Source: Octopus sinensis (taxonomy: Eukaryota). From it: a stretch of DNA of 64,000 nucleotides. Both the position numbers and the translations under genes were made by a program. This document shows positions 50,556 through 64,000 of this stretch, one piece after another (position 1 is the first letter of the stretch; every line of letters begins with the position of its first letter). The notes below the pieces were generated by a model. The model saw only the letters and a program-made list of their open reading frames with translations, made no database searches and was not told where the DNA came from. Where the stretch lies: contig NC_043001.1 in assembly GCF_006345805.1 (NCBI RefSeq), positions 120,652,001 through 120,716,000 on the forward strand, given 5' to 3'.

Positions 50556-51175
50556 ATATATTAAGTATATAAGTGTGTGCAAATGTATGTATATATGCTT
50601 GTATGTATGTATATAACTATAATATATCTTATATATAAATGTATAATATATATGTATGTATAAATCTATACACACGCACGCATGCATACACACAAATATA
50701 TATATATATATATACATACACGCACACACAAACATACACACCAAACACCTCCTACTGACCACTCTGATTCGTTTCTCTTAGATCAGGTATTCAAATTACC
50801 TTAGTCATAAATGTCTTCTACACTTTTTTATTTATGTAAATACCCCGATCTGCTGGAGTCAAAATAGGGCAACTGTGATGCGAATGACGTCTAGTCAGGA
50901 AGGACCTCCTGTCCACAACTCTCTTTTCTTGAGGCAAAACTCGTGCTGTCAGCTTTGCTTAATGACATGCCAATTTTGGAAAATTTATTTATTCTTTAGA
51001 CTATCATTCTTCCTTATTTGAAGTTGGGTCCCAGTTGCAACCAATCGATTTGAAACGGAGGCAATTTCAATAAATCAGGTATTTTTTTTGTGTGGTATTC
51101 AATATATTCCCGTTCGTCTTCATTGCTCAGATATATGCCACTAGCCATTGTGAATTGTCTTTCATTGCCTTTTCA

Positions 51176-51236
<61 letters not shown>

Positions 51237-51321
51237 GTGTGTGTGTGTGTATGCGTATTTGATAGATACATACATAGTTAGATATAGATATATTATACGC
51301 AAATATTTATTGATTTATACA

Positions 51322-51361
<40 letters not shown>

Positions 51362-51960
51362 TTTACACGATGGGCTCTCAACTTCTATTCAGGGCTCAAA
51401 TCTACAGGAGAGGTGACTTGCTCCAGATCTCGCGCAAGAGATCGAATCTGGCACCTTATGGTTACTAAGCGAATTTTTTAACCACAAAGCGATACCTACA
51501 CCTGTACGATTACATATTTGTTTATTTTGTTTTCTATTAATTTTCTTTGCACTTACTTTCGCAGATCTCGCAATCGGAGTTATTTTCTCGTCTTCCTTCT
51601 TTTACATCAGTTTCTCGAAATCAAAGGAAATTTCAATAAAAAATTACTTCTTTTACACGAAGAATGTAATTTCAGTATTTGGTTATAGTTGACGTAATGT
51701 GAGGTATGGTAACAAAACTCTAGCCTCAATTCGGCTTCTTGTTGAGAAGTACACAATTATATTATATTTCAAGGTTACAATTTATACCTGCTTACGTCTG
51801 TCTTGCCATTAAACATGTTGGTTATGTAATATTTTAATATCTTTCAAAATAGGAAAATTGACATTTTGAAAAGGTCATTATTTTCCTGTTTGATAACAGA
51901 AGAATTCTTAATCTGTTTATGCCTTTATAAAACTCAGTTTTCCTTTGAATTGAATTCTCG

Positions 51961-52227
51961 CTACTTCAGGCCTCTTACAGAATAATGTTCAGAGATCTGG
52001 GATGGTACCATGTACTTGTTCTTATAAATGCAAGCTCCACAGAAACATATAAATGTCAGGATTGATGCAGCCATACCGCATGGCCAAGCCAAAGAGTAAA
52101 CGTTCTGATCCCTCCACTCCGGCAGTAAATATGGGTCTTACTTAGAGGTTTCAGACGCAAAATGAACGTAAGTTTTCTTCTCGACTCCTAGAAAACTGAA
52201 AGGGTCTATTGCGACATCAATATCTAC
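51961..52227 (-). pseudogene. Candidate terminal exon of a single-pass membrane protein, interrupted by one in-frame TAA
   Basis: After TTCAG| acceptor: VDIDVAIDPFSFLGVEKKTYVHFASETSK*DPYLLPEWRDQNVYSLAWPCGMAASILTFICFCGACIYKNKYMVPSQISEHYSVRGLK* (89 codons). No homolog recognised. Confidence 0.3.
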
Positions 52228-52305
52228 CTGAATACTACACACGCTCGCACGCGCAAGCTTTCGTCTCTTTGTGTATACGCATGTGTGTGTGTGTGTTTGT
52301 GTGTT

Positions 52306-52368
<63 letters not shown>

Positions 52369-52537
52369 TGAATTATCTGATTACCTCAGTAAATAATGTG
52401 AAATTGCATTCAGATATACTAAGCAGGTATGCAATGTGCATGATGTATTTTCTTTTTGCATTATTTACGCTTCGCAGAGAGGAGGGTGTCTGTGCGTGTG
52501 TGTGTAAGTGAAAGAAGAACACAAGGGAGGTTTAAAG

Positions 52538-52618
52538 TTTACTACAGCTGTTTCGGCAGCATTTTATTGATGCATTCATAGATTACATTATAGCATGAAT
52601 CCACTATCATCAAGTAAA
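52538..52618 (-). ncRNA. Degenerate hammerhead-like motif downstream of the PLE at 53400-54300
   Basis: Minus: TTTAC TTGATGA ..(weak helix II).. GAAA CAGCTG T A GTAAA; palindromic ACAGCTGT helix III, C3-to-U change. Confidence 0.45.
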
Positions 52619-53399
52619 ATTTTAAACACGTACAGACAGGAAAGAAAAAAACTAGATGACCTATTCACCAACTAACACCATGCTGGTTGGTAACCCTACA
52701 CTGTAATTCGATGAATAATTTCATAAAAATCAGGAAACTAAAATTTATTTTGCTTTATTTGTAAAAAACGGTACCGCCGTTGACCCAAATCTAAAACAGT
52801 TGTTATTCATTTCACATCAGTATCGACTTTTCCGTTTGGTAATTGGAGTGCTTCTAACTTAACTTTTCGCTGTTCATTCCTTAAAACTAGCACTTGGTAT
52901 TCTTGGTCATCAAATACGTTTACCATCAAAATGCAACGACCAGTTTTCTAACTGTAGTGTTTTCTTAATTTATATATACATCTAATTTATATATATATAT
53001 ATATATATATATAAGAAATTAAAGAAGGAAAATGCACACACTTTACATAGTTTTAATGTATTCTTTAATATATTTTATATTGTGTTTGTCGATCGGTTTC
53101 ACTTTCGCTAATCATGACATTAAAATTATGTTAATTATGTATTTTCTTAAGAAAAAATATTTTGTCCATGTTCTGTGTGGAGTTTATGAATGAATGATTA
53201 AACAAGTAGGAAAATCTAAGGGGAGATAAATGGTGACCATTATTATTGTGGACAGGGGAAATAATTGTCCATCTTTCAGGGGTTGGGGTGGATATTCACA
53301 AAAAATTCAAAAGCTAGAGTAGAATGGAGAAATATGAATTGTGATGGGTATGTAATCGTGAATTTAAATATGTATACAGAGCAATGTTGATTATGCGTG

Positions 53400-54310
53400 T
53401 ATATTTAGACGTGTTCTGCATTTTTCGATGAATAAATTTTGTTTATTCAAAAGGTTCTTGTATAGAAATTGTCTCTTTTCACTGGTAGAGAAGGAAAACT
53501 GTGAAATTTGGTTTGATGTTACCTGTGCATCTTTCTATGTGTTCACTTAAAGGAATCTGTCTGTTTTACGGGAACAGGATCTGCTCTTTATGTAGAGTTG
53601 TTCTCCGTCTCAGTGTCATACTCGTCTGTCCTGTATAGTTATGTCCACAACCCGAGCAGGTTATTACATAAATTAGATTCTCACAGGCAAAAGTGAAGTT
53701 TGTTTTAATTGTGAACCTCTCTCCTTGTTTGAAAAGGAAATCCGAGCCTTCAAGTAGGTTGGGGCATGTTCCACAGATTGGGCATCCACATATTTGAACC
53801 GTTGGTTTCGTGGCTGTTGTGTAAAGCTTCGCATTTGTTAGAAGTCTCTTTAGCGTTGGGAATTGAATGTTGCGGTTTATATCATTTAGTTTTGATTTGA
53901 ATTCCGAAAGTTTATCAATGGTCTCCTTCCAAATGATAAAACAGTCATCTAGGTATCTTTTTCAGTTTTCTCTTATATACTGGTGAAATTGATAACCATA
54001 TTTTTGCAGTGACACTTGATATATGGTGAATTCAAAATAACCCATTATTAGGTTCGCAAGAACAGGGGCTGCTTTCGTTCCCATTGCAATACCGCATTTT
54101 TTATGATAGTAGGTGTCATCAAATAGGAAATAATTGTTCTGAAGTATAAATTTTAAAGATTCAATAATAAAACCTGATCTATGTGTTACGGAAGTACTTC
54201 GGGATACGTTTCCGACCAGAATTTGATTGCTTTTATTCCATAGTCATGTGGGGTGTTGGTGTAAAGATTGATAACATATAAAGATGGAAATCAATAATGC
54301 CTCTTCATTA
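53400..54310 (-). mobile_element. Penelope-like element fragment: RT core and GIY-YIG endonuclease, with stops and an internal deletion
   Basis: Minus: NLYTN, NNYFLF..GIAMGTKAAPVLANL (GIAMG at 54079-93), RYLDDCF (YLDD at 53944-55), then CPICGTCPNLLEG..NLIYVITCSGCGHNYTGQTS..LRRR; same family as 43454-44410. Confidence 0.88.
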
Positions 54311-54469
54311 ATTGTTTATTGTATATATATATATATATATATATATGGTATATATATATGGTATATATATACGAAAGAGGGGCACTCAACACATTAACTG
54401 GATTTACATGTATGGATCAAAACTCAATCAAACTGTTTTGATCCATATGTGTGTAGACAGACTGGTACA

Positions 54470-54490
54470 TAGATAGACAGACAGACAGAC

Positions 54491-54553
<63 letters not shown>

Positions 54554-54594
54554 CAGACAGCCAGGCATACAGGCATACAGACAGACAGACAGAC

Positions 54595-54664
<70 letters not shown>

Positions 54665-54719
54665 AATATAGATAAAAGATAGATAGATAGACAGACAGAC
54701 AGATAGATAGATAGATAGG

Positions 54720-54750
<31 letters not shown>

Positions 54751-54751
54751 G

Positions 54752-54815
<64 letters not shown>

Positions 54816-54822
54816 CACACAT

Positions 54823-54858
<36 letters not shown>

Positions 54859-54867
54859 ATAGATAGT

Positions 54868-54946
<79 letters not shown>

Positions 54947-54955
54947 AAGATAGAT
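54470..54955. repeat. Long (GATA)n/(GACA)n compound microsatellite
   Basis: Directly visible. Confidence 0.95.
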
Positions 54956-55329
54956 AGAAGGGGATCTATGTAAGGATCGACGCATATCAAAGTGAAGCAC
55001 ACCCCATTTGATGGCCAGACAAAATAACACAAATCAACAGAAGTAACCATAGATCATATACATATCGTTAAACTTGCTAATCTAACGACATAGCCAATAT
55101 TGAACAACGTACGACTGATCGATAGTGTGGAGGATTATTGTATTGTAATGAATTACATGTTACGACATAACAAAATCTCGTAATGAAACATTGTAGAGAG
55201 ACCATATAATCCATAAAATACAGATCGTATCATCCATTAGATGGTCTGTGTTGTTATAGGTTATCGTCCTCACAGCGACATTTCTCTTCTCAGTATTTGT
55301 GACTTACCAGATAAAAGAACTTTTCTGAA

Positions 55330-55905
55330 CTACTCTAGGGACGGTAAGCCAGGGATCAGTCTCAATTACTTTTCAATTCCTTTCTTGATCAATCTTAATC
55401 CTCCTATAATCACTGATATTTTAACCACCTTGAAATACCACATTTTTTTTTTTCGAAGAGCAAATCTTTATATCTTCGGAGCTTGTCGAATGATTTTCCC
55501 ACAATATCATGGTCACAAGAAATACTCATATTGATCAATACAGAGACTTTATTATTTTGGTCTTTTACAATATCCGGTTTATAAGCTTTAATGTTTCTGT
55601 CTGTGTGCACAGGAAAGTCCCATAGAATTGTTATAGTTTCTCTTCCAGTTACAGCCTCAGGCAGATACTTATATCATTTCTCAACGGCTTTCATTTCATA
55701 ATGCCGACATATTAACCAGTATAGATCAACGTTGTAATGTTTTGATTTATACTCCACTGGGGCTAAAACTTTACACCCAGAGATTAAGTGCTCAACTTTT
55801 TCACTCTCCTCATGGCAGAATCAGCACTTTAGATCTACTACGTTTTTCATCATAATGGCTTGGGTCAATAAGTTTTGATCTAAAGTAGCTAAGATGAAGC
55901 CTTTA
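55330..55905 (-). mobile_element. R4/Dong-like LINE 3' fragment (nuclease region)
   Basis: HTDRNIKAYKPDIV..VLINMSISCD..KLRRYKDL; the 5' end adjoins a (CTT)n(TTA)n tract. Confidence 0.65.
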
Positions 55906-55909
55906 CTTC

Positions 55910-55984
<75 letters not shown>

Positions 55985-56187
55985 CGGGCGAAATGCTTAG
56001 TGGTATTTCGTCTGCCGCTACGTTCTGAGTTCAAATTCTGCCAAGGTCGACATTGCCTTTTATCATTTCGGGGTCGATAAATTAAGTAGAAGCTGCGTAC
56101 TGGGGTCGATCTAATCGACTGGTTCCCTCCTCCAAAATTTCGGGCCTTGTGCCTAGAGTAGAAAACATTATTATTATTATTATTATT

Positions 56188-56226
<39 letters not shown>

Positions 56227-56524
56227 GCTGCTATTGTTGTTGTTGTTGTTGTTGCTGTTGTTGTTGCTATTGTTGTTGTTGTTGTGTTGTTGTTGTTGTT
56301 GCTGCTGCTGCTGCTGTTGTTGTTGTTGTTGTTGTTATTATACCGCTAGCGGCATTTTGTCTGCCGCTACGTTCTGAGTTCAAATTCCGCCGAGGTCTAC
56401 TTTGCTTTCATCCTTTCGGAGTCGATAAATTAAGTACCAGAGAAACACTGGGGTCGATGTAGTCGACTAGTCCCTTCCCCTAAAATTTCAGGCATTGTGC
56501 CTTTTGTAGAAAGGATTAATATTA

Positions 56525-57700
56525 TTTATTTTTTTTAATTATCACAGGTTTTGTTGGTGCTCCTGGAGTTTTGCATGCGTAGTGGGCTTGTTACTTACAT
56601 CCTACGGAACCATGCTATCCGTTCTTTTCAGCTATCTAACACTTTCCTGATCATTCTGGCCGTGCCAACAAGACAAACCTTTAGTAACAGTTCTACTGGG
56701 CACTCTATTCCAATTTCCTTTATATTCCTCTTGATGCCTTCAGACCCATCAATAATTGACACTATCTTCACCTTCTTCATTTTCTATATTCCGGTTATTT
56801 CGTACTTAAGAGTATTGTATTTATTTTCGCCTTCCTTCTTGACTATTCGTATGTCAAAGGGACATGCAACATCAATTATAGAGCTCATGTGGTGCACCTT
56901 GTCCACCATCACTTGGTATGCTCAAGCAACTGATCTGTTTGGATTGGAAAATCCCAGAATATTTTACAAGTCTCCGACTCCACCAACGTCTGCGGTTTCT
57001 GCTCATACCACGTCTTGCCTCTCCCTTACCTCCCACTTTTCGCACAGTTTCCAATGTAGCACTTTCGCTACCTGATCGCGTCGCCACAACTTTTAGTGGT
57101 TTTGGGCAAGTCTAGGGCATTTGTTCATGACATGGGCAATGGTTTCATCCACTCTATTGCAGATGCGGCACAGCGGAGACCCTTGCTCATTCCTCAGGCT
57201 GACCCTCTAGTTCGTGACCAAAGCTTGGTCTTGCACTACCAGTATTGTGCTCTCGGTCTCATTTTTTTTAGTGTTCCTTTCATCAGCCAATCCCACCTAT
57301 TTTTCCAGCAACTTCTCTTGTGGCTACATGCAATTGACTGTGTACTCCCTTCTTGCGTCAGATTTTATACATTGTTGTTAAGAAGCTCTGTAACTTTTTT
57401 AGTTCGTTTGTTGCTTCATTTTTTGGAAGTCAGAATGTTACACCATAAACTGGCCAAGAGGGAATCATACTAGTTTGTTACAAAAACATTGTTGCAAATT
57501 TTTGTTAGCAGTTCATGGTTCTCTGGGAAGGCATTCAACCAGAAGTTAGGAATTTTATCCTTTCCTGGAGACTTCCATTTCCTTGACTTCCTGAGAGCAG
57601 ATCTTACATCCTCTACCTTGACACGCTCCCACCTTTGCTCTTCTGGGGAATCTAAGTCTGTAGATATTCTATCAATCCAAGGGCTCTTTTCATTGTGTTT
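56525..57700 (-). mobile_element. R4/Dong-like LINE fragment, decayed
   Basis: Minus frames: WDWLMKG..ETESTILVVQDQAL..CRICNRVDETIAHVMNKCP..RHDQVAKVLHWKLC..IIDVACPFD; the 5' end adjoins the large (TAT)n tract at 57700-58058. Confidence 0.8.
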
Positions 57701-57745
57701 TTATTATTATTATTATCATCATCATTATTATTATTATTATTATTG

Positions 57746-57811
<66 letters not shown>

Positions 57812-57864
57812 TATTATCATCATCATCATCATCATCATCATCATTATTATTATTATTATTATTA

Positions 57865-57922
<58 letters not shown>

Positions 57923-57927
57923 CATTA

Positions 57928-57966
<39 letters not shown>

Positions 57967-58010
57967 CATTATATTATTATTATTATTATTATTATTATCA
58001 TTATTATTAT

Positions 58011-58057
<47 letters not shown>

Positions 58058-58058
58058 T
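57700..58058. repeat. (TAT)n/(CAT)n/(TAG)n compound microsatellite
   Basis: Directly visible. Confidence 0.95.
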
Positions 58059-58944
58059 CTTCAGTAGAATACACGTGACCATATAAATTTGGTTTATTGA
58101 ATTATAGTTTTAATGGAGAAAAATAAAGAATATGTTTGCAGCCTACCAAATGCAATAGATGTAATAGATACGAGTTTAATTGGTTCAGGATAACAGATGA
58201 AATTTATCATATCCACAAATATCTTCATAGATTATCTTATAATACTGTGTAGCGTCAGACGAAATTGGTTTTTACCTCATTTGTTTGTTATTGGAGTAGG
58301 GGGTTTTGTATGTTTTTCTTCGTTTTTTTTTTTTTTTTTGCTTTTTATTAGCGATTTTCTGCTGTATGTTTCCTTGTATCTTGTTGGCATTAATTACCAT
58401 GACATGTTCAGCGCTTGTATTCCAACAACTCTATCAACACCACCAACATCACTACTATTACCATTGCTATGCACGCTGCCATGAACACTACAACTACTAC
58501 TGTCAACGACGAAATAAATGAATAAATAACAGATCTGCTGTTGCAGATGTAAAGACCAAAATCTTATTGCTGCGAACGATTCACATCTTCCGATTTTAAT
58601 AAGTAAATTAACGTTAGCGAGACATCAATCTGATACAGAATCCTATGCAATATGGCGGAGGGGGGGGATTGGGCGCTGGCTTTGGTTCTAGGCGCATTTC
58701 TATAGATTCAATTCCAGCACTTGTATGAGATTTGTGTGTGCGTGTGTATGCGTGTGTATGTGTGTGTGTGTGTGTGTATGTGTGTGTCCGTGTGTGCATG
58801 TGTGTTTGCGTGTATGTATGTGTGTGTACTCAAATATATATACATACAGAAAGACAGACAAACAGACAGACAGAGAAAGGAAGGAAGGAAGGAAGGAAGG
58901 AAAGAAGAAAGAAAGAAAGAAAGAAAAAATAGAGAGAGAAGTGC

Positions 58945-59273
58945 ATACATACATACATACATACATACATACATACATACATACATACAGACAGACATAA
59001 ATACATACATACATACATACATACATACATACATACACACATACATACATACATACATACATACATACATACATACATACATACATACAGACAGACATAC
59101 AGACATACATACACACATACATACATACATACATACATACACACATACATACATACATACATACATACATAAATACATACATACATACATACATACATAC
59201 ATACATACATACATACATACATACATACACACATACATACATACATACATAAATACATACATAAATACATACA

Positions 59274-59305
<32 letters not shown>

Positions 59306-59515
59306 CATACATAAATACATACATACATACATACATACATACATACATACATACACACATACATACACACATACATACATACATACATACATACATACAT
59401 ACGTACATACAAACACACATGCATGCATACATACGCTCATACATACATACACACATACATACACATACATACATACATACATACATACATACATACATAC
59501 ATACATAAATACATA
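58945..59515. repeat. ~570-bp (CATA)n microsatellite
   Basis: Directly visible; source of the long MYVC / YIHT ORFs. Confidence 0.95.
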
Positions 59516-59636
59516 ATACATATATTTACGTAAGTATACACGCGTATATATATATACACACACGTCATATATTTAGATATAAAAAAAGTAAGATTTTTAT
59601 ATATATATATATATGCATACACATATACATACATAC

Positions 59637-59706
<70 letters not shown>

Positions 59707-60677
59707 TCTTTACTTTTATATGTATATATGCGTATATACACGCACATACCCACATACACACATATACAAATACGTGTATATGCACGTGCGTGTCCATGTG
59801 TGTGTGTGTTATGCATACATGTATATATATTGTGGGTTCTCAGTCAACTTGATCTTGACAATAAATCTGACTCAGCTCTCAGCAAAGATTCATATCAACA
59901 TTAATTGTTCTGTTGTTATTCTTAAATTTGTTTTAAAATACTATTCTTATTTTAACATTTACGCATGTGTGTATGTGTGTGCATGCGTGTGTGTGTGTGT
60001 TGTGTGTGTGTGTGTGTGTGTGTAGATAGATAGTTATCCAACGGGTGAAAAGCGTATAATAGATGAATACCTGATTAGTGTTCGAACTAGACCAGATTAT
60101 TAAAATCCAACCTCATAAATAGTTACGCGAAACAAGAGCTGACTATAAAAAAAACGTTGACCTCGAGTAATAAAGAAATATAGGATGGAAAAGTACGTAT
60201 AAGTGGCATTATATCATTTATATAATTAATAAAAGATGTTGCATAAGCGTAACAACAGGTATATTTAGTGAAGAAAGATATAAGCTTTTAAATTTCTTTA
60301 CAGCTGTTTCAACAACGCAGCTATTTGTTGATGTAATAATGTGTATTAAGCAAACAAGTGTACATACTGATACCATAATACAAGTAGAAATTATTAACAA
60401 CAAGTGAACGTGATAATATGATCGAGCTGGAAGCGTGGAGATGCTGAATTTTTTTTTAAGAATAGTCTAATAATTGTAATAAGGATGGTGTAAATGTGAG
60501 TAGTAGCAATATTAACCGTACTTATAGAAACTGCAGCGAATCTCGTTTTAAGAGCCCTCGAAATTATGACCTGGCTACACTCGAAAGTAAGATTACAAAT
60601 AATTATAGAAATAAGAGTTTACCTGAGAATTATTCTATCAACATTGGCACGACTACGACTACTACTACTACTACTAC

Positions 60678-60731
<54 letters not shown>

Positions 60732-61826
60732 CAACAACAACAAAAATATTAATAATTAGTATAACAATCAAGGCCTGTTTTATTCATGTAAATATTAATA
60801 ATAGCAATGACAATGATCATAACAATAATAATTGAATGAGTAGTATTGATAATATAATTGATATTCTGTGGAATAGGAATGGTAATTTAACACATGACAC
60901 AAATAATTGTAATTTTAGAGTAGCCAACAATTACCCTTTTGATGGTTACTGCTTGCAATAGAATATCCTTTATTGATGTGCTGTTTATGCTGGGCACCAA
61001 AATTCAACGAAAGTACACCCGGGGTCTTCCACTGATTTCAAGAAACGACACTTGCTTCATATCAGTTCATTTTCTAATATTATCCACAAATCTCCCACCT
61101 AGTTAGTAAATTATATCCATAACTTTAAGGCTAATAACATTTCCTATAATATTACCTGGTCTATTATTAGGGTAGGAAGACCTTACAAAGCTGACTACAT
61201 TGCATGCAATCTGTGCAACAAGGTAGTTCTGAGAATATTACGCAAGAATAGAAATCTCCATAACAGACAACCTGAAGCAATTACATTCTGTAGACATTGA
61301 TTTTTTTTTAAGTTTGCATTTTACCATAGATCAATATACTTCAACCGTCTTCGGTAGCTATTAACCTGTATTTTTACTTAATATCCTCATTCTAGATTTT
61401 ATATATCTTTCTTCACCTATTTATATGTAGATACCGAGTCTCTTAGAACTATGACATACCCTTATTTTTATGATAATGTCTTTAAAACTGTTTATAGTTA
61501 CGTAATTATCTCTTTTACAGTCCCTCCATTATACATTTTCTAATTCAAATTTTATTCTTCATTTTATTGTCTTTGTCTTTATATTTCTTTACAGTTTTAT
61601 TGTGACTCCTGCCTTGTCTGGTCTATGCGCTTGGTTCTTTATACTGTACGAAGGACGTCATAAGGTCATCTGCCTCTCGCTTATCACGGAATGTCTAGCT
61701 GCTTTCCTTTTTCGCTTTTTCTTTTTTTGTTCCTCCTTTTAATAAATCCTATATTTTTCTCAAACTTAGATTTAACCCCTTCATCTTTCTCTTTTATTTT
61801 TCTTTCCTCTTTCATGCTTATCTTCA

Positions 61827-61861
<35 letters not shown>

Positions 61862-62811
61862 CATCTCTCTCTTCCTCTCTCTCTCTCTCTCTCACTCTCT
61901 CTCTCTCTCTTTCACACACACACACTTTTACTTGAACCATATCGTTCTTGATCTCACAATCTTTCTTTCTATAGCTCTTTCCAACTTATAATCGCTAATT
62001 CTACTTTTCCTCTGTCTTTTTAATGATCTTTCTTTGCCCTTAAATATATGTCTACTACTAAAAAAAATAGCATTTTGCCACTACTTCTGAAGAAAAAATG
62101 TCGGCATCTCAGCATTTCCATTGATCATATTGATACCTCACGCTTATGTGTAGATAATAATGTCCACTTGTTCGGTTTGTATTATTGTATCAGTATGGTC
62201 AGTCCACATTACTCCATAAAGAACATACTCCGTAAGGATCATAAGACTGGTTTCCCAGTTTCTCTGGGGTATATATTCCTCCCTGGACGGGATGCTAGTC
62301 CGTCACAAGGTTACTCACTTTTACCAGCTAAGTGCACTGGAACAACATGAAATAAAATGTTTGCTCAAGAACACAACGCAACACACCTCCAGGAATCGAA
62401 ACCATAGTCTTACGATCATGAATCCAACACCCTAACCACTAAGCCACGCGCATCCACATTGCCTCAGTATGCATGCCCAAAAGTCGCTGGATTTTCTTAA
62501 ACAGATGTACAGAAATTTCAACAATACATTTTTTTCGCGAAATAATTCAGTAGTTACATTTATGAAGTATTTATTATAAATGATACAAATTATATAATGC
62601 CATACATGCTTGTTTACCTTTTATCCCTTTATTACACGCTCGAACTACACATTTCTTCAAGCCAAATCTTGTTTCACGGAACTATTTCTACCATGATAGG
62701 GAGATAGGATTTTAAGAATCTGTCCATTTTGAGCATTAATTCAGTTTCTGTTACACGCTTCGCTTACAATAGCATCTTCTCACTCATTGGATACATATAA
62801 ATGTGTGTGTG

Positions 62812-62889
<78 letters not shown>

Positions 62890-62973
62890 TATACATATAT
62901 ATACATATATAGAGATAGATACAAGGAGAGAAAAAAATGCGTGTTGGAGCTAACGATCTATCATGGCGTTCTG

Positions 62974-63093
<120 letters not shown>

Positions 63094-64000
63094 GATAGTG
63101 CGTATGTGAGTGTGTAATTAAAAGATTTGATTTTGCAAAGCAAAGTATACTTATTTTATCTTTTAGTCTTGTTAGTCGTGTACCGCTCAGCAAAATCAAA
63201 TTCTTGACATGTAATCCCGTTTCACTCCCTGGTTATGCTTTGTTTTGCTTTTGCTTTATTTTGCTTTTTGTTGTTCTTTTTTCTTTGTACTGTTTCTTTT
63301 GCTTAGTCTGCGCCCGGTCTTTCCGAGCCCTTCGAGGCTAGCGAAATCGATGCTGTCAACGTTCTGTTTATACTATTACTAGTCAACTCCTATTGGGACT
63401 ATTATAGTAGTAGCGATAGAAAAGATAAAGAGAAGGGACAATACACCCAAGGGCGGAAGGTTAGAGCATGTTTGTTAGTGATTTAGTACCAGTCTGAAGA
63501 GTGGCTCTTCACTGATGCAATCTAGGTCGCACAGGTGTTTCTTCGAGTGGATCCATTCCAAACAAATAACCCAAGTGTTTCCTACCATCATAAACAAAAT
63601 ATTAACCCGGCGATGGATTAGCATAACCGTTAGAACATCAGACAGAACGCCCAGTGATATTTGAGGCCAGGCACTTGACGCTCTGAGTTCGAATTTCGCT
63701 AATGTTTACTTGACTTGTCATCGTTCTGCGGGCGCTGAAACGAAGTAGCAGCCCAGTACTAAGACTCCTCTTCTAATCGACTGTCCCTACCCACAAAACT
63801 TGCAGTCCAGTGTCTATATGAAATGAAAAGTCTCGACATGGCCCTCACATCGGTACTAAGAATCTCTCGGAAGGAAAGGACGAAGCGAGCGTAAAACCAT
63901 ACTTCAACCACAATATTATGACTAGTAGTAGTAGTAGTAGTAGTAGTTGTTGTTGTTGTTGTTGTAGTAGTAGTAGTTTAGTCAGAAGAAAGAAGAAGAA

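Noticed and set aside
51015-51150. 44-aa minus ORF MASGIYLSNEDEREYIEYHTKKIPDLLKLPPFQIDWLQLGPNFK
   Set aside because: Protein-like composition, but short, with no recognisable motif or splice support.
63485-63510. TGAAGAG-TGG-CTCTTCA hairpin overlapping CTGAAGA
   Set aside because: No GAAA core; a single 7-bp stem is expected by chance.

Overview
Eukaryotic, AT-rich, microsatellite-saturated non-coding DNA. The repeat landscape (tRNA-headed SINE families, dense (TA)n/(GATA)n/(CATA)n/(TAA)n tracts, mariners, Helitron-like elements) suggests a cephalopod (Octopus-like) genome; this is an inference, not a database result. I find no intact protein-coding gene. Most ORFs in the supplied track are translations of simple repeats; the rest are decayed transposon ORFs: Tx1/L1-like LINEs, R4/Dong-like RLE LINEs, a CR1/L2-type 3' end, Penelope-like (PLE) RT and GIY-YIG fragments, and Tc1/mariner transposases. 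There are two tRNA-Lys-like pseudogenes (one with a canonical-position intron) and one candidate interrupted exon for a membrane protein. The main signal: reading both strands by eye gives about 15 type I hammerhead ribozyme (HHR) motifs from about 6 unrelated repeat families. All have a palindromic helix III (the dimer-type fold known from PLEs and metazoan retrozymes), and most lie in fold-back or inverted duplications, often inside (TA)n. They include a ~486-bp ORF-less, highly base-paired tandem array with one HHR per unit (9577-11378; retrozyme/circRNA candidate), an ~870-bp inverted repeat with an HHR in each arm (19866-21697), and a tRNA-head + microsatellite + HHR composite (39858-41870). 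All folds were derived manually; none were computed or tested.
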